The notes under the pieces: generated by a model
What the model saw: the letters and a program-made list of their open reading frames with translations, nothing else
Told to the model about the DNA's origin: nothing
The model's database searches: none
Program-made: the position numbers and the translations under genes
Source: Anaeramoeba ignava BMAN
Taxonomy: Eukaryota; Protista; Anaeramoebae
Assembly: GCA_028826165.1 (NCBI GenBank)
Contig: JAPDFW010000125.1
Coordinates: forward strand, 1 to 64,000
Length of the DNA: 64,000 nucleotides
Direction of reading: 5' to 3'
In this document: piece after piece, positions 50,701 to 62,419 of the stretch
How the letters are laid out: every line of letters starts with the position of its first letter
How positions within the stretch are numbered: position 1 is the first letter of the stretch

Positions 50701-53286
50701 ATCAATTTTTAAATCAATTTGTTAATATTTAAATCAATATTTAAATAAATATTTAAATAAATATTTAAATAAATATTTAAATCAAATTTATAATCAAATT
50801 TAATCAATTTTTAAATCAATTTTTAAATAAATATTTAAATAAATATTTAAATCAATATTTAAATAAATATTTAAATAAATATTTAAATCAAATTTATAAT
50901 CAATTTTTAAATCAATTTTTAAATCAATATTTAAAAAATATTTAAATAAATTTTAAATATTTAAATCAATTTTTAAATCAATTTTAAATCAATTTTACAA
51001 TCAAATTTATAATCAATTTTTAAATAAATATTTAAATCAATTTTTAAATAAATATTTAAATCAATTTTTAAATAAATATTTAAATCAATTTTAAATAAAT
51101 ATTTAAATCAATTTTTAAATAAATATTTAAATCAATTTTTAAATCAAATATTTAAATCAATTTTTAAATAAATATTTAAATCAATTTTATAATCAATTTT
51201 ATAATCAAATATTTAAATCAATTTTTAAATCAAATTTTTAAATCAATTTTATAATCAATTTTTAAATAAATTTTTAAATAAATTTTTAAATAAATATTTA
51301 AATCAATATTTAAATAAATATTTAAATCAATTTTAAATAAATATTTAAATCAATTTTTAAATCAATTTTATAATCAATTTTATAATCAATTTTTAAATAA
51401 ATTTTTAAATCAATATTAAAATCAATATTTAATCAATTTTATAAATAAATTTTATAATCAATATTTAAATAAATATTTAAATCAATTTTTAAATCAATTT
51501 TTAAATAAATATTTAAATAAATATTTAAATCAATTTTATAATCAATATTTAAATCAATTTTATAATCATAATCAATTTTATAATCAATTTTTAAATCAAT
51601 TTTTAAATCAATATTTAAATCAATATTTAAATCAATATTATAATCAATATTTAAATAAATATTTAAATCAATTTTATAATCAATTTTATAAATAAATTTT
51701 TAAATAAATATTTAAATAAATTTTTAAATAAATATTTAAATAAATTTTTAAATAAATATTTAAATAAATATTTAAATCAATTTTATAATCAATTTTATAA
51801 TCAATTTTATAATCAATTTTTAAATCAAATTTTAAATCAATATTTAAATCAATATTTAAATCAATATTATAATCAATATTTAAATAAATATTTAAATAAA
51901 TATTTAAATCAATTTTTAAATAAATTTTTAAATAAATATTTAAATCAATTTTATAATCAATTTTATAATAAATTTTATAATAAATTTTATAATCAATTTT
52001 ATAATCAATTTTATAATCAATTTTATAATCAATTTTATAATCAATTTTATAATAAATATTTAAATAAATAAATACAATCAATGCTTTATCAAAAATTTCA
52101 AAAGTTGATTCAATTTCAAATTGAGTTAAAATTTCTTGACGAATTATTTCATCAATATTAATTTCAAATGCAGAATTATTTCTGATATAATGATTTATTA
52201 TTTTTGTTGATGTTGTATGAATAGCTTTCTTTTCAGTTTCTGAAGGAAATTGTTGGAAATGACCTGATAATTTTTTATATTGAATTACCTAATTTTTTGA
52301 TATAATTTTTGATATAAATATAAATATAAATATAAATATAAATATAAATATAAATATAAATATAAATATAAATATAAATATAAATATAAATATAAATATA
52401 AATATAATTATAAATATAAATATAAATATAAATATAAATATAAATATAAATATAAATATAAATTTAAATATAAATATAAATATAAATATAAATATAAATA
52501 TAAATATAAATATAAATATAAATATAAATATAAATATAAATATAAATATAAATATAAATATAAATATAAATATAAATATAAATATAAAATAAAATAAATA
52601 TAAAAAAATATAAATATAATTTAAAATAAATATAAAAATAATGTAAAATAAAATAAATATAAATATAAATATAAAATAAAATAAATATAAATATAAATTT
52701 AAAATAATAAAAATATAAATATAAAAATAATATAAATATAAATATTTAAAATAATATAAATATAAATATTTAAAATAATATAAATATAAATATAAATATA
52801 AATATAATTATAAATATAAATATAAATATAAATATAAATATAAATATAAATATAATTATAATTATAATTATAAATTTAATTATAATTATAAATATAAATA
52901 TAAATATAATTTTAATAAATATTATTTTTACATCTCTAATAAAAAGTGGAGATTCAACTGAATAAATGCTTTCACAAAATTTTATAAAACAACTAATACA
53001 ATATTTATCAGTAATAACTTCATAAAGTTTTTCATTTGTAGTTTCTTTAATAATTTGATAAATTAATTGGTGTTGTTGAGATTTATCAGTTTTAATTTCT
53101 AATTTTTTAAAAAAGAAAAAAATAAATAATAAATTAAAAAGAAAAAAAAATTTTTTTACTTTGATTATTTTCATTTTCATTTATGTTTTGATTTATATTT
53201 TCATTTATATTTTGATTTATATTTTGATTTATATTTTCATTTATGTTTTCATTTATATTTTCATTGTTTTGATTTGTATTTGACAT
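47775..53286 (-). CDS. RGS domain + DUF547 protein, 7 exons
   Basis: Exons 53286-53160, 53098-52932, 52288-52076, 49171-49040, 48963-48552, 48321-48089, 48021-47775. RGS: FIKFCESIYSVESPLFIRDV, IINHYIRNNSAFEINID, FDKA, LFPRFKDS. DUF547: ERKAFFLNIFHLLLLH, YKIGGYKFSLDDIRFGI, DPRINF. Confidence 0.82.
49172..52075. repeat. 2.9 kb intron filled with a 12-mer variant minisatellite tt(ta/at)aat(c/a)aat(a/t)
   Basis: Strict 12-bp periodicity. This array is the source of the spurious IDLN/IDYK ORFs. Confidence 0.93.
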
Positions 53287-53402
53287 TTTTTAAATTATTT
53301 AGAAAAAAAAAAGAAAAAAGAAAAAAAATGAATTTGGAAAAAGATTTTTTTTTTTTAATTTCAAAAAGAAAAAGAAAAAGAAAGAGAAAGAAAAAGAAAA
53401 AG

Positions 53403-56400
53403 TTAATTTGAGTTGGAATCATCATCAAGAATTGGAAGAGGAATTTGTAAAATATCATCATGAGTCAAAGAATTACGAGGAGTAAGTTTTGAAGAACTTT
53501 CTGAATTTTGAATTTTAATTTGAATTGGATTTTGAATTTGGTTTTTATTTTGATTATGATTATTAGCGAAATCAGAATTCCATTTTTCAACATTATTATC
53601 ATCATCATCATCATCATTATCATCATCATTTTCATCTTTTTCATCAGTCTCATCTTTTTGGTCTGTTTCATCATCAGTTTCTTTTGCTTCAGTTTCAATT
53701 TCTTGATTGTTTGAATTTTGATTTTTTTTTGGATCATTATCATTATCATTATCATCAATAATAATATTATCATTTTCAAAACCATCTTTTTGATTTTGAC
53801 TTTTAGTGTTTGAATCAATATGAGAAGTATTATCATTATCGGAAGAATTAGAATCATTGATCTCATCAAGTTCAAGATCAGTCTTATTTGGCTGAGAAGT
53901 TGTTCTCGGAAGATTTTTTCTCTTTCCATAACCTTTGACAATATACGAAATTGCGAAAGAAAGAAGAACAAGAGAAACAAAGACGCAAATTGAGAAAAGA
54001 ATAACGCCGAACACTTTGAGGCCTAAGGAAAGAAAACCCAGAAGAAGGAGATAGAGCCCAATCACGAGGATATCATAGGCTGAATAGTTGATAGTGTGGA
54101 TGATGTGGTCTTGATGAGGCTTCATGATGACTGTGAAAAGAATCATAAGCAAAATGAGGACAAATACAATCCATCCGTTTGCTTTGAAGAAAAAAAGAGC
54201 GCCGACTATGAGAATAAATTTGAACGTGATATCAACAAGTTCCCACCAATAACGGTTTTTTTGGAAACGCAGATACATCCATCCATAAAGCTTGGCGTGC
54301 TTAAGCGAGAATTGATGTTTCTTGACTCTGTAGAGAATAAACACAAATAAAAGCGGGATTAAAACAACATAAAGAATAACCGCAATTATGAACAGGACAA
54401 GAAATTTGTTCCATTTAGAGCTTCCCAGAATGATTGTTGGGTCGCTGTTCAGTGTTTTTTGTCCGTCGCCTTGAGTCGTGTATGAAAAAGGTTTCAAGGC
54501 TATAAATGCTAAAGGAATAAACATGAATTTGAGAACAATTGATGATGAATACACAAGTTTGTTCTTGAATTTCTCCATCTTCTCAAGCTTTCGTGTGTTG
54601 TGGCGGTAATACAACCGCGCAATAAGATAGAACAATCCATATCCAGCTAGGAAATAAAACGGAAGGAAAAATGCAATAAGATATTTGTCGTAAAACGTGA
54701 AATTCCATGAGCATTCAGGACTTGCAAGTGCGTCAAGATTGAAACAGAAAATACCAAAGAAATATCGGAAGAAATTCTTGATAACATCAGGAAATGGAAG
54801 ACTCATCGAGAAAACAGCGCCGAAAAGCTGGAAAAATGTTCCTAAGATGTTGGTAGCGGGAAAGTTCACACCAACACCGCTGAATCGGAAAAGAAGCGCA
54901 CAGATCACAATCAGGAAGATTATAAACGCAAGAAAGATTGCCCATGTGTTTTTCGGACATTTTTTGCAATCGTAATTGAAATGGAAATATCCAGGAATGC
55001 AATTATAACAAAGGGAATTAGGATCTCTTCCAAACGCGCATTTGTCTGCGCCAGGACAGATGTCTGGGATTTGAGATGAGCAGATGTAGCAGAAGGATTG
55101 TCCAAGCCCATCGTTGAATTGCCCTGCAGGACATGTTGTGCAGAATGTTGATCCTGGATCTGCTGCATATGTTCCTGAAGGACATTGTGTGCATTGCACT
55201 GTTTTTTGCTGGTTTGTGTATGTTCCTGATTCGCATGGTGTGCAATATTGTGTGTCTCCCTCGGAATACTTTCCTTCAACGCATCCAAAACAACTCGACC
55301 AATTCGATCCAAAATATCCTGGTGGACAATTGTGCAATTTGATTGCAAAAGCATCGTATTGTTCTGATTGATCCCGTAATCCGTTCCATGCTACAAACTG
55401 CGGGGATCTTGCCAATCCAACAAGAACAGGTACTGTTTCGTTATTAAAAACAACTGCATTCGCTCCTCCGCCAATAATCCCGGAAACAATAATCTCGCTC
55501 ACATTAGGGTTGAATAAAATGAAATAGGATTGCATATAATAAATATCTTCAGGATCACTTGCGTAATTGTAGAGATAATTCCCGCTCAATGGGTTTCCTC
55601 TTCCCGTTACAAACACCTGTTTTTGGTTATCAAAAAGAATGGAAAACACAGAATCGGAATGCATATCAGAGCCAAGATACGAAGAATACAACAACTGCGA
55701 GAAATTCCAATTATATTTCGCAATAAAACCATCAGATAAATCAGTGTAATTAGGCTGGAATCCATCCGTTGTATTAGGCAAATTGGTTGAGAATGTTGAT
55801 CCTCCAATCCACGCAAATCCGTCATCATCATAAACAACCACAAGACAACGATCGTTTTCATCCCCTTCATAATATTCTTTGTTCCAAATGTCTGTGAAAT
55901 TTGTCTGATTAACAATAACAAGAAAACAAGCAACAGTTGTGTATATTTTCTTGCCATGCATATCCGGTAACAACTCCCGCGCAGTGGATCCAACAAGAGC
56001 AATTGCCTCGTGACTAGGATTAAATGCTATTGAATAAATATGAGTGAACAATCCTCCATCCAAACAAATAAAATCTTGCAATTTGGTTGCATTTTCATCG
56101 AGCTTCAAAAAAACTGCTGATTGTCCTTCAACTCCAATGCATCTTTCATTAGTACTTTCTTTGTTAGTATCGTCCATAGGGAAATATCCTTCGGAATCTG
56201 CAGAAATATAAATAGAATCATTCACAAGAACCAAATCAGTTGCAATTAAATTTCTTGTTCCGCAAACTAAAGTTGAGAAAAGCATTTCTTGTCCGTCGTT
56301 TGATAACTTGAAAAGTACTATCTGGTTCGCTTCATATGTGCCGCATGAGCTCATATATGCATTAGTTGATGTTGGGAAATCTCCATCAAACATCTTCAAA

Positions 56401-59400
56401 TATTTCCCAACAATAACAGGATTATCTTTCGAATCAAGAACAACTTTGATTCCTTCTTCAACTGAACGTGTTCCAATATAAGTTGAGAATAAAATTGACA
56501 ATCCATCCGGCGCAAATTTAACAACAAATATATCATTTCCTCCTGAATAATATTGATTCAATGGATCAACAACAGGGAAATCTCGACTGTTGGTTGTCCC
56601 AATAACAAACATATTGTTGTTACTATCCATTGCCAAACTATATGCAGAATCAGTTGTTCCTCCTCCAAGAAAAGTTGAAAATCCAGGATCGATAATAAAA
56701 TTGTTGGAACTTGTTTGGAATTTTCGATCGTTAATTTCAAATCCAAATATTAAATGTTTCTGTATCATTTTCTCACTTGTTTTTGTTGATTCGATAGAGA
56801 TGATTGAATATTTGCATTTTAACTTTTCTCCGTTTTGGAACGCAATAGGTTTTGATTCCCCAAAAAGTTTTTTACTTGTGTTTTTTTCAAAGAAATTCAG
56901 GGTTTGTTTTTCAGAATTGAAAATGAAGTCAACATCTTCGTTAGCTTCTTTTGCTTCAGAATATGTGTATTTCCATTTGATTTGTGAAAGGATATCCTTT
57001 GTGTTTTGTTGTGTTTTCGAATGGAAAACAAATTCACTTTTAAGTTGGCTTCTTCTGTCGAGTTTAAAATGCAAATCAACATTGGGATACACATTTTCAT
57101 ATCTAATTTCTTTGAATGTATCCAAGTTTTTAAACCAATTAGATGAATCTTTTCCAATCATAAAATTAGCTTTTCCGATTGTTTTTTTTGATGAAATGTT
57201 GTTGAGATTGCCGTTAATTGGTTTCATTTCGATTTTTCTATTATTGATAATGAAAGTAATTGATTCATTGGTGAAAAATACTTCTCCTGCACCAAGAAGT
57301 TTAGCGATAAATTTGATGTTTGATTGTGAGTTGTTTTGGATTATGTTTTCAACAATAACAACAGGGAGAGGATTGAATGTTTGATTTGGAGGAGAGTATT
57401 GAAAATTTGATTTAAAATTTGATCTAAAATTTTTATATAAATTTTAATATAATTTTGATATAAATTTTTATATAAATTTTAATATAAATTTTGATATAAA
57501 TTTTAATATAAATTTTGATATAAATTTTGATATAAATTTTGATATAAATTTTGATATAAATTTTGATATAAATTTTATTATAAAATTAATTATAAATTTG
57601 ATTATAAATTTGATATAAATTTTTATATAAATTTTTATATAAATTTTGATATAATTTTTGATATAAATTTTGATATAAATTTGATTATAAATTTAATTAT
57701 AAATTTAATTATAAATTTAATTATAAAATTAATTATAAAATTGATTATAAATTTGATTATAAATTTAATTATAAATTTGATTATAAATTTAATTATAAAT
57801 TTGATTATAAATTTGATTGTAAAATTAATTATAAAATTGATTATAAAATTAATTATAAATTTAATTATAAATTTTGATATAAATTTAATTATAAATTTGA
57901 TTATAAATTTGATTGTAAAATTGATTATAAATTTAATTATAAATTTAATTATAAATTTGATTGTAAATTTAATTATAAATTTGAATATAAAATATAATTA
58001 TAAATATAATTATAAATTTAATTATAAATTTTTAATATAAATTTAATTATAAATTGATTATAAATTTAATTATAAAATTTGATTATAAATTTGATATAAA
58101 TTTTTGATATAATTTTTATATAAATTTGATTATAAATTTAATTATAAATTTAATTATAAATTTAATTATAGATTTTGATTGTAAATTTAATTATAAATTT
58201 GATTATAAATTTAATTATAAATTTAATTATAAATTTAATTATAAATTTAATTATAAATTTAATTATAAATTTGATTATAAATTTAATTGTAAAATTGATT
58301 ATAAATTTGATTGTAAAATTAATTATAAATTTAATTATAAATTTTGATTATAAATTTAATTATAAATTTAATTATAAATTTAATTATAAATTGATTGTAA
58401 ATATAATTATAAAATTGATTGTAAATATAATTATAAAATTGATTATAAAATTTTTATATTTAAATTTTTGTTATAAATTTAATTATAAATTTGATTATAA
58501 ATTTGATTATAAATTTGATTATAAATTTGATTATAAATTTTTATATAAATTTGATTGTAAATTTGATATAAATATGATTATAAATTTGATATAAATTTAA
58601 TTATAAATATGATTATAAAATTAATTATAAATTTAATTATAAATTTAATTATAAATATGATTATAAAATTAATTATAAATTTAATTATAAATTTGATTAT
58701 AAATTTGATTGTAAAATTAATTATAAATTTAATTATAAATTTGATTATAAATTTGATTATAAATTTAATTGTAAAAATTGATTATAAATTTGATTGTAAA
58801 TATAATTATAAAATTGATTGTAAAATTAATTATAAATTTAATTATAAATTTGATTATAAATTTAATTATAAATTTGATTATAAATTTAATTATAAAATTG
58901 ATTATAAATTTAATTATAAATTGATTGTAAATATAATTATAAAATTGATTATAAATTTAATTATAAATTTTATTATAAATTTGATTGTAAATTTAATTAT
59001 AAATTTAATTATAAATTTAATTATAAATTTAATTATAAATTAATTATAAATTTAATTATAAATTTAATTATAAATTTAATTATAAAATTTAATTATAAAT
59101 TTGATTGTAAATTTAATTGTAAATTTGATTATAAATTTGATTGTAAATTTAATTATAAATTTAATTATAAATTTGATTATAAATTTAATTATAAATTTAA
59201 TATAAATTTTTATATAAATTTTTATATAAATTTAATTGTAAATTTAATATAAAATTGATTATAAATTTAATATAAAATTGATTATAAATTTTTATATAAA
59301 TTTGATTGTAAATTTGATTGTAAATTTGATTATAAATTTAATTGTAAATTTAATTATAGATTTTGATTGTAAAATTGATTATAAAATTTTTATATTTAAA

Positions 59401-59633
59401 TTTATAATTAGATAAGGCTTAAATTAGGAATTAATTTTTTGCTTTGTGATTTAATTTGAAAAATTTAAAGAAATAAATTACTCGAATTGATTTTCTTTTG
59501 ATTCGAAATTTCTAAAAACGTTTTCTGTAAAAAAATCAGTTGAATAAATTGAACTTGAACTTGAACTTGAACAAAAAATTTTGATCAAAAATGAAGATAA
59601 AAAAAGAAGAAAAATTTTAATTGTGAATGACAT
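53403..59633 (-). CDS. Large cell-surface membrane protein: signal peptide, DUF7948-like N-domain, SBBP beta-propeller repeats, Cys-rich GCC2/GCC3 (TNFR-like) repeats, multi-pass TM region, acidic tail; 2 exons
   Basis: Exon 1 (59633-59482, signal peptide) splices to 57423-53403. Motifs IRYENVYPNVDL, IIDPGFSTFLGGGTTD, VIGTTNSRDFP, STYIG, YSSYLG; C..C..GTY repeats; about 8-9 hydrophobic helices with YGWMYLRFQKNRYWWELV. Confidence 0.85.
57424..59481. repeat. 2.06 kb intron filled with 11-12-mer (ataaattt(g/a)att)n
   Basis: Tandem 12-mers between donor 59480-59481 and acceptor 57424-57425. Confidence 0.92.
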
Positions 59634-59976
59634 TAGTTTTTGGTTTAAAAAAACAAATGCAAATTTCTCAATATAATTTTGTGTTTAACTTTTTAAACTT
59701 TTTAAACAAGAAAAGAAAATAAAAAGGGAATAATTATATAAAACAAAAATAAAAGCGAAAGTGTAAAAAAAAAATGAAAGAAAAGAAAAATAAAAAATTG
59801 ATCTTTTTTTTTTAAACTGAAAAAAAATTTCTATTTAAACTGTTCAAAAAAAAAAAATAATTTTTTAAATGACGTATTTAGTTATTAAATTATTAATTTA
59901 TTTTTAAAAATTACTCAGTTTTATTTTTTATTTAAATTTTTTTTTTCTTATTGATCAATTAAAAAAAAAAATTTAA

Positions 59977-61679
59977 TTAATTCTTCTTTATATTTTGATT
60001 TTGATTTGGATTTTGATTTTGATTTGGATTTATATTTGTTTCTTGTTTTGTTGGTGTTTTAGGTGTAATTCTATTTAATAAAATTCTAATTTCATTTAAT
60101 TCAGAATTAATTAAATTTTGATTTTCTTTTAAAATTCCATTTTCAATTAATTTTAATTTTTCTGTTAATTTTGAAATAATTTCTTTTTGATTTTGAGTTT
60201 GAATTTGTTTTCTTTGAATTAAATCTCGATTTTTTTCTTTTAATTGATTAATTTGATTTGTAAATTTTGAATTTTCATTTTTAATTTTATCTAATTTTTC
60301 ATTGATAGATCTTATATTTTGATCTTTTTTTTGAAGATCTTGATTTAATTTTGAATTTGAATCTGTTAAAAGATTAATTTTTTGATTTTTATTTTTAATA
60401 ATTTCTTGAAATTCTTCAGCATTTAAAGGAGATTTTCTTTTTAAAAAATTAGGAGAAATTTTTTGATTTTTAATTGGATTTTGATTTGGATTTTTAATTG
60501 GATTTTTAATTGGATTTTGATTTGGATTTTTAATTGAATTTTGATTTGAATTTTTAATTGGATTTTGATTTGAATTTTTTGAAAGAAACATTATTTTTGT
60601 ATTATATTCTTCAATTTCTTGATCTTTTTGTTCAATTATTTTCTTTAAAGAAATGATAACTTTTTCTAAATGATCATTTTTTTCTAACAAAATTGTATTT
60701 TGATGGGATTTATTTTTAAGAAAACCTTCTAAAGAATTAATCCTTTCTCTTAATTGTTTTGAAATATTTTCCTTTTCAATTAATTCTTGATTCATTTTAC
60801 TCTTAACAATATTAATCAAATGTAATTGTTTTTCAAGATGAACAATTTTTTTCTTAAAGATATCATTTGATTTAGTTAAATTTTCAATAACTTTGCTTGC
60901 AGTTTCAAGTTGTGAAAAAATTTTTTCCAATTCTTTAGTTGTTTGAGCAAAAGTTGTTTGTAAAGAAAATAACTCTTTTTTTGATGATTGTAATTGGGTA
61001 TTTAATTGCTGAATTTCTTCCTGTTTTTGTATAATTTCTGTTTCTTTGTTTTGAATAACTTTTCCTAGTTCCTCATTTTGTTCTTCAATGTTACATTTCA
61101 AAGTATCAATTATTGCATTTTTTTTTTCATTTTCTTTTTTTAATCTATCATAATCACTATAAGAAATATTAAGATTATGCTGATATTGCTCAAGGATTGT
61201 TAATTGTTTTTTGAGTTCTTTCATTTGTGATGCATTTTTATCCAGTTTCTTTTGTATTTGTTCAAAATAATGAGTTTCATTTTCAAGTTGAATTTTTAAA
61301 TTATCAATTTCTTCATTTAATTTTTCATTTTCTTCTTGTGATTCTGAATTTTGTTTTCTTAGAATTTTGCAATCTTTAAGCACACTTTCTAATCTATCTT
61401 TTAATGCAATTTCTTTTTCTTCTAATTGTTTATTTTTCTCTTTAAAATTTTGTATTTTTGTTTTCATATTTGAAACTTTTTTTTCTTTTTCTTTTTCATT
61501 TTCATTTTCATTTTCTTTATGATTTTCTTTTTCTTCGTTTAAATTAGTTTCTTCTTTATTTTTCTATTTATTTTAATAATTTAAATTTTTATTTTTAAAT
61601 TAAATTTTTTTCTATAATTTAATTTTTTAATTTTTACTTTTTCTTGATTTTTTTGAAATTTTTCAAAATTTTTTGACAT
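59977..61679 (-). CDS. Long coiled-coil protein of unknown function, 2 exons
   Basis: Exon 61679-61638 splices in frame to 61563-59977. Continuous K/E/Q/L heptad pattern. Confidence 0.8.
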
Positions 61680-61874
61680 GTTTTTTTAAAAAAATCTTTT
61701 ATAAAAAAATGTAAATATCACAAACTAACAAAAAATAGAAAAAGAAAATAGAAAAAGAAATTAAGAAATTACAAGAAAAAAAAATGAAAAAAAAAATGAA
61801 AAAAAAAAGCAAAAAAAAATTTTTTCATTTTTTTCATTTTTTTTTTCCATTTTTTTTATATTTAAAATTTTAAA
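61680..61874. promoter_or_regulatory. 195 bp bidirectional promoter, coiled-coil gene/CARMIL
   Basis: aaatgaaaa x2 at 61782-61805 and tttcattt x2 at 61823-61842. Confidence 0.65.
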
Positions 61875-62419
61875 ATGAGTGATAAAAAAGAAGTTACAGA
61901 TAAAATTAAATCAACAATTTCAAATCTTTTACCAGGAGAAAAAATACAATTTCTTGAATGGATTACAAAACAAAAAGCAAAAAACAAAGTTGAAGATAGA
62001 TTAGTTGTTTTAACTTCATATAGAGTTATAACGTTTGGAAAAAGAAAAACTTCAATAAAAGCAAAAGTAAAAAAAAAAATTAAAAAAAAAAAACAATTTG
62101 AATTTTTTTTTCCAATTCATTTTCTTAAAAAAAAATTTTTTTTTAGATTTGTCGAAATGGCCATCTTTTTGATTTAAAAGAATTAACAAGTTTTGATGAT
62201 AAAAAAGTAAAAGAACTTTAATTCAATTTTTAAATAATTTTTTTAAAATAAATTTTTTTTATTTTTTTAGTTAAAAGCAGTTTTTAAAGATTTTGAACTT
62301 GAAATTACTTCTGAAAAAGCAAATGAAATTACAGAAACAATTTTAAAGAATTATTTAAAAATAAGTCTTGGAATACCAGAAGAACATTATTTAAAATTTT
62401 CATGTATTCCTGAAGGAAG
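61875..62419 (+). CDS. CARMIL: CARMIL/LRRC16-like protein, N-terminal PH domain (partial; continues past the window)
   Basis: Exons 61875-62066, 62147-62206, 62271-62419. KNKVEDRLVVLTSYRV...ICRNGHLFDLKEL resembles the CARMIL PH domain. The LRRs are not in the window. Confidence 0.7.

Noticed and set aside
49149-52081. ORFs of IDLN/IDYK/YLNQ repeats (also 57681-59043, 13425-13760, 45597-45791, 28220-28420, 42813-43429, 36360-36584)
   Set aside because: They are translations of stop-free frames of intronic or intergenic 6/12-mer repeats; the flanking exons splice across the intronic ones in frame.
54096-57384. Antisense and alternate-frame ORFs over large exons (e.g. 56590-57384, 11546-11935, 21332-21601, 15721-16113)
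   Set aside because: Shadow ORFs of real genes, often with TTG/GTG starts and no recognisable motifs.
49172-59481. Foldback-type transposon with modular inverted termini
   Set aside because: The enclosed DNA is parts of two ordinary host genes, with no transposase, sharp termini or target-site duplication.
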